64,000 nucleotides of DNA from an uncultured Gammaproteobacteria bacterium (lineage in GTDB: Bacteria > Patescibacteriota > Patescibacteriia > Magasanikbacterales > GWA2-37-8), in NCBI GenBank assembly GCA_964510495.1, contig CAZECR010000003.1, positions 550-64,549 on the forward strand, written 5' to 3'. The translations under genes were made by a program, and so were the position numbers. Below, one piece after another: positions 35,467 to 44,464 of the stretch. The notes below the pieces were generated by a model. It had not been told where the DNA came from. It did not search any database and saw only the letters and a list, made by a program, of their open reading frames with translations. How positions within the stretch are numbered: the stretch's first letter is position 1; every line of letters begins with the position of its first letter.

Positions 35467-35521
35467 AAAGCCTCCACTGGTTTTGACGATCCTTTCAAGC
35501 CTCACTAAGGCCTAAAAGCAT

Positions 35522-35549
35522 CAGACAACCCCCGTGAAGGGGTTGTCTG
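35522..35549 (-). terminator. 11-bp GC hairpin cagacaacccc-cgtgaa-ggggttgtctg downstream of the GT4 gene 35564-36724
   Basis: Inverted repeat read from the sequence. Confidence 0.5.
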
Positions 35550-35563
35550 GCTAAAACGGGTTG

Positions 35564-36724
35564 TTACGCTTCAATCGCTCGGACAGTTTTAAACGTAGCA
35601 GTAGGGTTAGTGCCATAGACGGCCACCGTATCAAGACCAATCTGATCCCATTGATAATTCGTACTAGCGATTACTTTATTGTAGAGTCCTGTTTCGGCGA
35701 TCTGCTTTTGGTTGCCAAGGAGGCTGACCAATTTTTCGATGAGCGACGGAACACTCGCGTTGCGGAAATGAAAATCCGCATTAGCAATAATTTCTTGGTG
35801 TTCTGGAATGTCAGACACGAGTACTGGGCGGCCGTGAGCCATAGCCTGAAGCACGGTGAGTGGCAAGCCTTCATTTTCCGAAGGGTGCACGAGCAGCGTG
35901 GCATTGCCGTAGAGTTCTTCAAGCGGCTGACCGTTTTGCCAATCAGTGAAGATAATGCTTGGGTCTTCAGCGGCGCTACGCTTAAGTCCTTCAACATAAC
36001 TATCCGTAAAAGCACTGCCGCCAACGATAACCAGTTTTTGGTCGGCCACGAGAGTTGGGTATTTCTTTTTCAAGAACTGCCAAGCCTCTACCAAATAGTG
36101 CGCTCCTTTATGTTTCACGAGACGTGAAACCATGAGGACATATTTTTGTGGTTCTAGATTCCATACTTTGAGCGTGCTCGTACCAACTGCTTCGGGCATG
36201 GTTACCCCGTTTGGTACGTAGGTAGTACTTTTCTTATATTCATTGACGCAATAATTCTGAATGGTTTTGGAAACCACAATTGTTTCATGTGGGAAGAAGC
36301 AGGCTGCTTTTTCACCAAGACGCAAAAGTAACTGGGCAAAGAAGCCCCATTTCTGGTGGTAACGGTCAATACAGTGAAAGGTAACAACGACTTTAGTTTT
36401 GGGCGCAAAAATACGCGGAATAAAACTAAGGAGAGCAGGACCTACACCATGGTAGTGAATTACATCAGCTTTCTGAAACAGAGCATGTATGGTCGAAGTA
36501 AATGTATGCACAATTGCATCCAAATGTTTACTATGGACCGTAGGCGTATGGATGAGGCTGACCCCCTGGAAAGAAGTAAGGGTTTTTGGAGTATACCAAG
36601 CACGAACGTATGCCAAAACATCGTGGCCTTGTTTGGCCAAACGAACGGATAACTCCTCAACGTGGCGTTCGATACCGCCGTATTGCGTTGGAAGCCCTTT
36701 TTGTCCGATCATGATAATACGCAT
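35564..36724 (-). CDS. Glycosyltransferase family 4
   Basis: MRIIMIGQKGLPTQYGGIERHVEEL N-terminus and EGLPLTVLQAMAHGRPVLVSD C-domain. Confidence 0.85.
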   Translation of the reverse strand: MRIIMIGQKGLPTQYGGIERHVEELSVRLAKQGHDVLAYVRAWYTPKTLTSFQGVSLIHTPTVHSKHLDAIVHTFTSTIHALFQKADVIHYHGVGPALLSFIPRIFAPKTKVVVTFHCIDRYHQKWGFFAQLLLRLGEKAACFFPHETIVVSKTIQNYCVNEYKKSTTYVPNGVTMPEAVGTSTLKVWNLEPQKYVLMVSRLVKHKGAHYLVEAWQFLKKKYPTLVADQKLVIVGGSAFTDSYVEGLKRSAAEDPSIIFTDWQNGQPLEELYGNATLLVHPSENEGLPLTVLQAMAHGRPVLVSDIPEHQEIIANADFHFRNASVPSLIEKLVSLLGNQKQIAETGLYNKVIASTNYQWDQIGLDTVAVYGTNPTATFKTVRAIEA

Positions 36725-36754
36725 ACCTGTAAAAGGTAACTTTAGTTAACGAAG

Positions 36755-36783
36755 AAGTATAGCATATTTTGGCAGTTTTGTCA
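36755..36783 (-). promoter_or_regulatory. Sigma70-type promoter TTGACA-17-TATACT (minus strand) for the GT4 gene
   Basis: Reverse complement of 36755-36783 gives the canonical hexamers, about 30 nt upstream of the ATG. Confidence 0.5.
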
Positions 36784-36875
36784 AGAGCAAGAAGTGCCTA
36801 TTTTTAGCCAAAAAACTGTAATACTTCTGCTAGAATGGCTCTCCCGTAGCTAGGTGATGGCTAATAAGAGGGGTA

Positions 36876-36908
36876 ACAAAGAACCCTCCACGTGGAGGGT
36901 TCTTTGTT
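36876..36908. terminator. Perfect palindrome acaaagaaccctccacg/cgtggagggttctttgt after the secreted-protein gene
   Basis: 17-bp arms read from the sequence. Confidence 0.55.
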
Positions 36909-36914
36909 TAAAGG

Positions 36915-37781
36915 CTATTTTTTCAGCTTTTGTGCGGTAGGTTTAGGCTTGTCACCCGGACCCCGCAACGGAGGAATTACTTTGTTATGATGGATTCCAG
37001 GGTCACGGCGAGCATCTTGTTCGGAAAGTGCATTGATAGCTTTGTTTGACATCCTGAGTGGGGGAATTGTTGGTTGTGCTCCGTAGAGGCGTTCGAGTAT
37101 CCATAATGCTTGGTCGCCAGGTTTAGTAGGATCAGCAGGTTTAGGGACGAGAACGTAGGTCATTGTCTCCGAAGCGGAAGCGTCAAGTGATACTGATTGT
37201 TCGCGCGCTATAGTAGCTTGGTGAGGTTCAGCAGCAGGATTTGCATAGGTTATAAATGGTAGTCGACAAATAAATTCTACCGGTCGCTCTTTGTTACCAC
37301 GAAAAACAATTTTGTACCCAATTTTTTCGCCAGCTTTAAACTGTTCAAAAAAATGTGTGTCCGGTGGCTGGTAGATTATTTTTTGCCCATTAAACGTTTT
37401 AATTGTAATTACTTTTTTTTGCGGGTCCATGCTTTCAATTGTCCCTTGCGGAATCATGAGACAGGTTTCTCGTTGGTATGTCAGAAGCGGTTTTATTGCG
37501 CGTTGTTGGTCGGCGGTCAGCGGCAGCGGCCGAGCGCCAACCATATACCCACCTTTGTCTAAGTTGGGAGCATCGAGACTTCCCCGTTGAACGTACTTAT
37601 TTTTTTCTGCGTCCATAATAAGCGCTTGAGCAATCTCCTCCGGTGACTTTGACGGAGTTTTTTTCAAGGTGACCTCAGGAGTCTGGGGTACTTCTTCTGC
37701 CCGTACTACTGATTCATTCATGGCCGCGCCCAAAGCGGCTCCCGCTACCAATTTTGCCCACGATCCCATTTTTTCAGGCAT
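36915..37781 (-). CDS. Secreted hypothetical protein with a signal peptide
   Basis: N-terminus MGSWAKLVAGAALGAAMNESVVRAEE; no enzymatic motif. Confidence 0.55.
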   Translation of the reverse strand: MPEKMGSWAKLVAGAALGAAMNESVVRAEEVPQTPEVTLKKTPSKSPEEIAQALIMDAEKNKYVQRGSLDAPNLDKGGYMVGARPLPLTADQQRAIKPLLTYQRETCLMIPQGTIESMDPQKKVITIKTFNGQKIIYQPPDTHFFEQFKAGEKIGYKIVFRGNKERPVEFICRLPFITYANPAAEPHQATIAREQSVSLDASASETMTYVLVPKPADPTKPGDQALWILERLYGAQPTIPPLRMSNKAINALSEQDARRDPGIHHNKVIPPLRGPGDKPKPTAQKLKK

Positions 37782-37985
37782 AGATGTATATTATTCCTGT
37801 AGTATAACGATTTTCTTCGTATGTTACCAGCAGCAAAGCGTGTGTGGATAACTGTCTTGACGCCCCTCAAAACTGTTGGTACGTTAGGAAAGTTAAAAAA
37901 ATATGGAACATTCTTTAAGTTTCAATTGCCAGAACCTTTCCAAGGTCAATCCAATGACCCGCATTTTTGTATGCGATCTTTGGAC

Positions 37986-38070
37986 AACGGGTGATTATAC
38001 CGAAAGCTTGAAGTAAAAAATAAAAAAGCTTTTCATTAATCACCCGAGGCCCCAAGGCAACGGGTGATTT
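37986..38070. repeat. Local repeat cluster: caacgggtgatt at 37986 and 38059, with its reverse complement aatcacccg at 38036, forming a hairpin with a 14-nt loop
   Basis: Direct string matches. Lies at the left edge of a G+C-rich islet. Confidence 0.4.
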
Positions 38071-38183
38071 TATTTAAGAGTCGTTCTTTACAAATGTGTG
38101 GCCCTTTCGCTTGAGTTCATAGATGTGAATTGAAGCGAAGGGGCTCGCAATCACGCCGCCCTGACATTTATCGGGAGGATTCG

Positions 38184-38552
38184 ATGACCGCAGCCGAGAA
38201 ACACGCAAAGCACTTTCCCAACTGCACCCATGCCCTGGCCGGCACTCAGTCAGAGGACTACGCAGTGGTTTTGAAAACAGGTGTGCGGTGCCGCGCCTGT
38301 AGCGAAATCTTCAATGATGATTGCCAGATTCAGATTGCCAGAACCGAAAGGATCGTCACGAGCCACCTCGTCGACCTTGAGGTCATCCGGCAGATGATCA
38401 AAGACCTCCGTGGCAGACCGGGCGGGGAAGCCATGATCGATCAGATCATGAGTGATAACCGCGATCATCCTGATTGCACAGCGATTGAGCAGGTGATCGA
38501 GGAGGTCAGAAAAAGGCCGGTGAGCAATCCGGAGATGGCTCGAGTGGCGTGA
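38184..38552 (+). CDS. Hypothetical G+C-rich protein with an N-terminal Cys/His cluster (possible zinc ribbon)
   Basis: GGGAGG RBS followed by ATG 38184; C..H...CRAC pattern. It is followed by a nested inverted repeat at 38562-38625. Confidence 0.45.
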   Translation: MTAAEKHAKHFPNCTHALAGTQSEDYAVVLKTGVRCRACSEIFNDDCQIQIARTERIVTSHLVDLEVIRQMIKDLRGRPGGEAMIDQIMSDNRDHPDCTAIEQVIEEVRKRPVSNPEMARVA

Positions 38553-38701
38553 AAACGCGTGTATCGTCTAGAGTAGTAGCCGGTGTCCTTCGGGACGCGG
38601 CGCTGCTCTAGACGATCGTTCAGCTCTGTACAAAAATATTTTTTGCCCACAGCCGAACTAACTTCTCTTTGAACATAGTCTTTGCTATACTGAAGAAAGC
38701 T

Positions 38702-39607
38702 ATGTCAATTATACTTGCGCTCATCGGGTACGGCTTTCAAGCTGTTGACTCAATTCTTAATAAATTTATTCTCGAAAAAACAACGGTCAAGCCGACGTTA
38801 TTTTTATTTTATTCGACAATTACCGCATTGCCCGTTTTTTTACTTTTGCCGTTTGGAACTGAACGACTTATTGGAGTAATGGATTATAGTGTGGCTCTCT
38901 GTAGCGGTCTTATGTTTGCGGCGGCCCTCGCAGCCATGTATACCGCTATACAAGAAAGCGAGATTAGTCACATCGGACCTTTGCTGGGTGCAGTCATTCC
39001 TTTTTTTGTTCTCATCCTAAGTTATTTTTTTCTAGGTGAAGTTATCGTTACCCAAGTGTTAGTTGGTATTGGTATTTTGATCCTCGGTTCGCTCATTATT
39101 GCTTTTGAAAAGAGTCGTCTTCACCAAGGATTTCACCGTGGAGTTATGTGGGGTGTGCTTGCCGGTTTCTTTTTTGCTGTTTCGCACGTGACTGCAAAAT
39201 ATACCTATGATGTCCATGGGTTTCTCACCGGCTTCGTCTACACACGTGGCTTCAGTGGGCTTGTCGGTATTGTGCTTCTGGCGCTGCCGTCTATCCGCAG
39301 AGCTCTTTTTACTGCCAAACAGAAAACAGCGCCGACAAAATCATTAGGTCAGACGAGCATTGTGGTGATTGAAAAAGTAGTTGGTTTTTTTGGTGTAGTC
39401 CTGCTGCAGTATGCAACAGCGATTGGTAGTGTTACGATTGTTAATGCGCTCGCCGGCGCTCAGTTTGCTCTCTTAATTGGCTTGGTTGCACTGCTCTCTA
39501 AAATTCGCCCAGCTGTTTTTAAAGAAGAGTATCAAGGGCGAGAGATCGTGCAGGAAATTATTGGAGTTATCGTTATTGCTCTCGGACTCATTTTAATTAT
39601 TCGTTAA
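38702..39607 (+). CDS. EamA/DMT-family transporter
   Basis: About 10 TM segments in two repeated halves. ATG 38702; the track ORF starts at TTG 38669. Confidence 0.7.
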   Translation: MSIILALIGYGFQAVDSILNKFILEKTTVKPTLFLFYSTITALPVFLLLPFGTERLIGVMDYSVALCSGLMFAAALAAMYTAIQESEISHIGPLLGAVIPFFVLILSYFFLGEVIVTQVLVGIGILILGSLIIAFEKSRLHQGFHRGVMWGVLAGFFFAVSHVTAKYTYDVHGFLTGFVYTRGFSGLVGIVLLALPSIRRALFTAKQKTAPTKSLGQTSIVVIEKVVGFFGVVLLQYATAIGSVTIVNALAGAQFALLIGLVALLSKIRPAVFKEEYQGREIVQEIIGVIVIALGLILIIR

Positions 39608-39616
39608 TACGCTGCT

Positions 39617-40606
39617 GTGAAATGTTCGACATATTTAAAATTGATTGTCGTTGCTATTCTGGTTGGTAGTTTTATTGTTGGCATGCAAGTGATTAGTTTT
39701 GCGCCGCCGAGCCCTGTGCGGTATGGAGTTACCTTCAGTCCAGAGTACGCACGCTATTTAGGAATCGATCCTCAGAAAACATTTGCGACTATTATTAATG
39801 ACTGGAAATTTAAAGACGTTCGCTTGGCCGCTGAGTGGGACACTGTCGAACCTAGCCCAGGCAAATTTAATTTTACAGAGCTTGATTCATTAATGAATCA
39901 ATCGGCAGCCGCAGAGGTCAAAGTTGTTTTGGCTGTCGGACAGAAAACACCGCACTGGCCCGAATGCCACCTGCCCGCTTGGGCAACGACGCTTTCGGAT
40001 TCAGCATACGCGGCCGCTCGCACTGAATATATTTCTACAGTTGTAGAACGTTATAAAAATCATCCTGCACTCGAAATCTGGCAGGTGGAAAATGAGCCGT
40101 TACTTGATTTTGGTTCTTGTCCGCCTTTTTCTGTTGCGGACCTAGAGGCTGAATTAGCGTTAGTAAAAAAACTTGATCCACTTCACGGCACGCTCGTGAC
40201 CGATAGTGGAGAAATAAATAGTTGGCAGACCACAGCTCGTATTGGAGATTACTTTGGGACAACGTTGTATAAGATTGTTTGGAACAAATATACAGGCTAT
40301 TTGCATTATGACTGGTTTCCCGCGAGTTTGTACCGGGCCCGCGCGTGGCTCGCCAAACGTTCTCCTGAAACTGCTTTTATCATTGAGCTTCAGGCCGAGC
40401 CTTGGCTACCCGACAAACCTATTACTGAAGTTTCAATCGAAGAACAAGATAAAAGTATGAGTATTGAGCGACTTAAAAAGAATGTGGTTTTTGCTCATCG
40501 CGTAGGTTTTTCACGTATTTATTTGTGGGGGGCCGAATGGTGGTATCTGCAGGCCGAAGCGGGGAGAGGCGAATTTGCCGAGTACGCCAAAAGTCTGAAT
40601 AAATAG
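39617..40606 (+). CDS. Secreted glycoside hydrolase, clan GH-A-like (GH5/GH26-type (beta/alpha)8 fold)
   Basis: WQVENEP catalytic acid/base NEP motif; signal peptide. Confidence 0.65.
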   Translation: MKCSTYLKLIVVAILVGSFIVGMQVISFAPPSPVRYGVTFSPEYARYLGIDPQKTFATIINDWKFKDVRLAAEWDTVEPSPGKFNFTELDSLMNQSAAAEVKVVLAVGQKTPHWPECHLPAWATTLSDSAYAAARTEYISTVVERYKNHPALEIWQVENEPLLDFGSCPPFSVADLEAELALVKKLDPLHGTLVTDSGEINSWQTTARIGDYFGTTLYKIVWNKYTGYLHYDWFPASLYRARAWLAKRSPETAFIIELQAEPWLPDKPITEVSIEEQDKSMSIERLKKNVVFAHRVGFSRIYLWGAEWWYLQAEAGRGEFAEYAKSLNK

Positions 40607-40676
40607 GCCGGGTGTGTATTGACTTTTTTTGATGGGTTTTGTATAGTGTTAGAGTTAAAAACAAACCTCATCTTGA

Positions 40677-40750
40677 GGGCACTTAGCTCAGTTGGTTAGA
40701 GCATCTCGTTTACACCGAGAGGGTCGAGGGTTCGAATCCTTCAGTGCCCA
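40677..40750 (+). tRNA. tRNA-Val (anticodon TAC)
   Basis: Acceptor GGGCACT/AGTGCCC, anticodon stem TCTCG/CGAGA with loop TTTACAC, T-arm GAGGG-TTCGAAT-CCTTC. Confidence 0.85.
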
Positions 40751-40756
40751 CACATA

Positions 40757-40787
40757 AAAAATCGCTTATAGTAAGCGGTTTTTTTGT
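40757..40787 (+). terminator. Hairpin cgctta-tag-taagcg + TTTTTTT after the tRNA
   Basis: Read from the sequence. Confidence 0.55.
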
Positions 40788-40970
40788 TTATACCCTTGAC
40801 GGAGTAGCAAAAAAGTGGTACCCAACAATATCCATAAAAATTGATTGTTCTTTTGATTGTGCAATAGTTTTGAACCGTTAAGGAGCAGGGGGCAGTGTGC
40901 AGTATCACGATTGGTACGACGCACTGCCTTCTGTTTCGAAGTTTCCACCCTCTTCTCCAGGAGAAGTACG

Positions 40971-41540
40971 ATGCCCTCGAAAGTTCCTCCGTTTTCCACA
41001 GTGAACCTGTTCTGTTTTGCAACGCTCCATGAGCTGAAGCCCACCAAGCGACGCGGTCCGACTATGCTCGCTGGCACCCGGGTGCGGGCGCTGTTCGACC
41101 AGCGCCAAGACCTGGTCGTTCCGGGGGTTGTGGTCATCTCGTCCAAGGCGAAGGGTGACGCGCTTGCCTTGCTGGACGGGATGCGTGTCGCCGCGTCAGT
41201 CGTGCGCAAGCCACTTCTACCGCCGCCCGCGCAGACTACACTCTGCCGCGATGCCATGAGCGCTATCCGCGCGAAGAGCCTGCCCTCCCTGCTCGTCGTG
41301 GCGGATCCCCTCACTCTTTTTACCTTCCTCGATGAGGCAGTGATGCTTCCGGAAGGGTCGAGCTGGCTTATCTACTACCAGGAGGCTTACCCACGCATAA
41401 TGGGGTCTTTGTATCAGATTGAGGTCTCGTTCAACGAGCGGGGAGCAAGGGCGGTCAGCATGCTCAGTCACGGCAACATGACGGGCGACCGGGTGCGTGG
41501 AGGCGGGTCGCTTATCCCTGCTATGGCGCGGGCGGCCTAG
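40971..41540 (+). CDS. Hypothetical G+C-rich protein (189 aa) immediately downstream of tRNA-Val
   Basis: AGGAGA RBS followed by ATG 40971. Followed by a GC hairpin + T-run at about 41570-41600. Confidence 0.45.
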   Translation: MPSKVPPFSTVNLFCFATLHELKPTKRRGPTMLAGTRVRALFDQRQDLVVPGVVVISSKAKGDALALLDGMRVAASVVRKPLLPPPAQTTLCRDAMSAIRAKSLPSLLVVADPLTLFTFLDEAVMLPEGSSWLIYYQEAYPRIMGSLYQIEVSFNERGARAVSMLSHGNMTGDRVRGGGSLIPAMARAA

Positions 41541-41667
41541 GTACTATTTCTCAATTTTCGCGCTCTTTCGTCGGCGGCCAGGTTCTCTGGCCGCCGTTCT
41601 GTTTTTAAAAACAATCTGTAATAAAAAGTAAAAATACGCTATACTATATGCATATTTATTTTTTTTC

Positions 41668-42834
41668 GTGAAAAAAGTTTCTTCTCATCCTGGTAAAATT
41701 ATTTCTCGCTCCGGTGGCTCAGTCGCTGAAGGAGTTTTTTTAATTACCGGCATGACGATTGGTGCTGGGGTGCTTGGTATACCTTATGCCATCATGCAAG
41801 TAGGGCTTAAAATAGGGCTACTGTATTTACTCGGTTTTGGTGTACTTATGGTTTGCCTTAACCTGATGATCAGTGAAACTGCTGAAAATACACCGGAGCG
41901 TTTTCAATTGGCCGGGCTTGCTGGAAAGTACATTGGGTCGTGGGCGTGTACCCTTTTGTCGCTCACGATTGTGCTGAGTAGTTATGGTGCACTCCTTGCC
42001 TATATTGTGGGTGAGGGTGAAGTGCTCAGCTTACTTATTGGTGGTAATCCTTTTTGGTGGAGTATTGCTTTTTGGGTTGTAGGAAGTATTATTATTTGGC
42101 GCGGCTTGAGCGCCGCCAAAAAAATGCAAAAATTTTTAAGTTTTTTAGTCATTCTTATTATTACCGGACTCTCATTGTTTCTATTTCGTTCAGTGCATGT
42201 CGGTAATTGGCTCTACACCAATACTGCACAATTATTATTCCCATACGGCATTATTTTATTTGCCCTCCACGGAAGTCCCGCAGTGATCGAGGCAAAAGCG
42301 CTCTTGGAAAATGATCCTAAGAAATTACGCAAGGCAGTAATTATAGGTAGTCTCATTCCAATAATAGTCTATGTACTCTTTGCTGCTGCTGTTGTAGGGG
42401 TGCTTGGTACAGCTACGACACCGGTTGCTACTATTGCGCTCGCAGCGCGCTTTGGTAATGGTGTATTGTTCATAAGTAATTTATTCGCACTCTTTGCAAT
42501 GGCAACGAGCTTTGTAGGTCTTGGTATCGCTCTCAAAGAAAGTTTATTGTGGGATGATCACCTCAGTCCAGTTATAAGTAGTGGGCTCGTTTTTATTGTG
42601 CCCATTATTCTTTTTGTGGCTGGTCTCAGAAATTTTATTAGTATTTTAAATGTTGTTGGTGCTTTGTTTATCGCTTTTGAAGTGCTCATAATGATCTTGG
42701 TATATTGGCGTGCGAAGGCACGGGGCGTATTTGGAGCGCGTCCTTTCAGTCGTTTTCCGGCTTGGTTTTTAACGGGAGCAGTTTGTGTGCTCGTGATTGC
42801 AGGTATTGTCTTTAGCTTGCTTCAGAATTTTTAA
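41668..42834 (+). CDS. Amino acid permease (Trp/Tyr-permease-like family)
   Basis: FLITGMTIGAGVLGIPYA N-motif; 11 TM segments; GTG start. Confidence 0.7.
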   Translation: MKKVSSHPGKIISRSGGSVAEGVFLITGMTIGAGVLGIPYAIMQVGLKIGLLYLLGFGVLMVCLNLMISETAENTPERFQLAGLAGKYIGSWACTLLSLTIVLSSYGALLAYIVGEGEVLSLLIGGNPFWWSIAFWVVGSIIIWRGLSAAKKMQKFLSFLVILIITGLSLFLFRSVHVGNWLYTNTAQLLFPYGIILFALHGSPAVIEAKALLENDPKKLRKAVIIGSLIPIIVYVLFAAAVVGVLGTATTPVATIALAARFGNGVLFISNLFALFAMATSFVGLGIALKESLLWDDHLSPVISSGLVFIVPIILFVAGLRNFISILNVVGALFIAFEVLIMILVYWRAKARGVFGARPFSRFPAWFLTGAVCVLVIAGIVFSLLQNF

Positions 42835-43089
42835 TTCGCTATATGCTGTTGTATAATTTGTACATAAGCGTATACTTTGTTATAAGCGTTGTGTTTTTAG
42901 TCGTAAGATGGTGTTAGTTGTTGGCTGATTACATTGTTTGCCACGGTCGATCAAACAATTATTGTTCAACAACTTCCTTGGCCCTGCCTATCGGCAGACA
43001 GGTTCGCTCATGCTCTGAAGAGCGCTGGCTGCCAGCTTCTATCTACTACTAAAAATAAAACACGCATTGTTTTATTTTTTTGTATTTGT

Positions 43090-44238
43090 ATGTCTCATTT
43101 TATTTTTACATCGGAATCTGTAACCGAAGGGCACCCCGATAAAATATGTGATCAGATTTCCGATGCTATTCTCGATGAAATTCTCAAACAAGATAAAAAT
43201 GCTCACGCTGGCATTGAATGTTTTACGACCACTGGCCTCGTTATTATTGGCGGGGAAATTAAAACAACTGCCACTATCGATGCGCAAAAAATTGCACGCC
43301 GCGTCTTACATGATATTGGATACACAAGTGCGTGCTATGGCATTGACGCCGAGTACAGCAGTATTATGTCGACGATTCACCAGCAGTCACCTGACATCGA
43401 TCAAGGAGTTACGCGGGGAAGTGTCGAAAAACAAGGAGCGGGGGACCAAGGACTTATGTTCGGTTATGCGAGTAACGAAACATCCGAACTGATGCCCCTT
43501 CCGATTAGCTTGGCGCACGCACTCGCTCGTCGCCTCACAGAAGTTCGTAAGAAAAATATTTTGAAGTATCTTCGGCCCGATGGTAAAACCCAAGTGGCTA
43601 TCGAATACATTGATAATAAACCAGTGCGTTTAAAAAATGTAGTCGTGTCAGCGCAGCATGATGAAAAAGTTTCGCTATCGCAATTACGAGCAGATATTAT
43701 TAAGCACGTTATCAAACCCGTGTGTGCTCAGTATATCGACGCTCAAACAGAATTTCACATTAACATGACGGGTCGTTTTGTAATTGGCGGTCCTCATGGG
43801 GACGCTGGTCTTACTGGCCGTAAGATTATTGTCGACACCTATGGCGGCATGGGGCGGCACGGTGGTGGGTGTTTTTCGGGTAAGGATGCTTCCAAGGTTG
43901 ATCGGTCGGGTGCGTACATGGCGCGGTATGTCGCCAAGAATATTGTAGCTGCCGGTCTTGCCGAGCGTGCTGAAGTTCAGATTGCCTACGTCATTGGGAG
44001 GGCCGAGCCAACAAGTATAGCGGTACATACATTTGGTACTGGTAAAATTGCCGACGAGCAATTGGTTAAGCTGGTTTCTGCCGTTTTTGATTTTCGTCCC
44101 GGGAAAATAATTGAGCACCTGCAACTGCTACGTCCAATCTATCGTTCTACGGCTACCTATGGCCATTTCGGTCGACCTGAATTTCCCTGGGAAAAAATTG
44201 ATCAGATTAAAAAACTTCAGCAATTAGCTAAGAAATAA
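43090..44238 (+). CDS. metK: S-adenosylmethionine synthase
   Basis: [36 protein letters not shown] and other MAT signatures. ATG 43090; the track ORF has a spurious 5' extension into the leader. Confidence 0.9.
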   Translation: MSHFIFTSESVTEGHPDKICDQISDAILDEILKQDKNAHAGIECFTTTGLVIIGGEIKTTATIDAQKIARRVLHDIGYTSACYGIDAEYSSIMSTIHQQSPDIDQGVTRGSVEKQGAGDQGLMFGYASNETSELMPLPISLAHALARRLTEVRKKNILKYLRPDGKTQVAIEYIDNKPVRLKNVVVSAQHDEKVSLSQLRADIIKHVIKPVCAQYIDAQTEFHINMTGRFVIGGPHGDAGLTGRKIIVDTYGGMGRHGGGCFSGKDASKVDRSGAYMARYVAKNIVAAGLAERAEVQIAYVIGRAEPTSIAVHTFGTGKIADEQLVKLVSAVFDFRPGKIIEHLQLLRPIYRSTATYGHFGRPEFPWEKIDQIKKLQQLAKK

Positions 44239-44250
44239 AACGGTATTTTA

Positions 44251-44284
44251 GAACCATTCCTGAAAGGGAATGGTTCTTTTTTTG
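44251..44284 (+). terminator. Intrinsic terminator gaaccattccc-tgaaa-gggaatggttc + TTTTTTT after metK
   Basis: 11-bp stem followed by a U-tract. Confidence 0.8.
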
Positions 44285-44315
44285 CTAGAAATAAAGGTTA
44301 TTTTGAGACTATCCT

Positions 44316-44344
44316 TGACAAAGCACCTAAAAAGTGCTAGGTTT
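44316..44344 (+). promoter_or_regulatory. Promoter TTGACA-17-TAGGTT. The spacer contains the palindrome AGCAC-ctaaaaa-GTGCT (44323-44339).
   Basis: Read from the sequence upstream of the G+C-rich gene 44465-45151. Confidence 0.4.
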
Positions 44345-44464
44345 GTTCGTCGTTCTTTTACAACAAGGTGTTTTTCGTCAAGTGTTTGTTGCAACGAATT
44401 TCTGACGAAACGCACCTTACTGTCTCGGTGCCAAGAATCCAAAACTCTCTCGGGGAGGTGTTCC

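Noticed and set aside
42934-43089. 53-codon N-terminal extension of metK ([10 protein letters not shown]...)
   Set aside because: MetK family proteins begin close to the conserved FTSESV/GHPDK motif. The extension lies in the structured leader and has no RBS.
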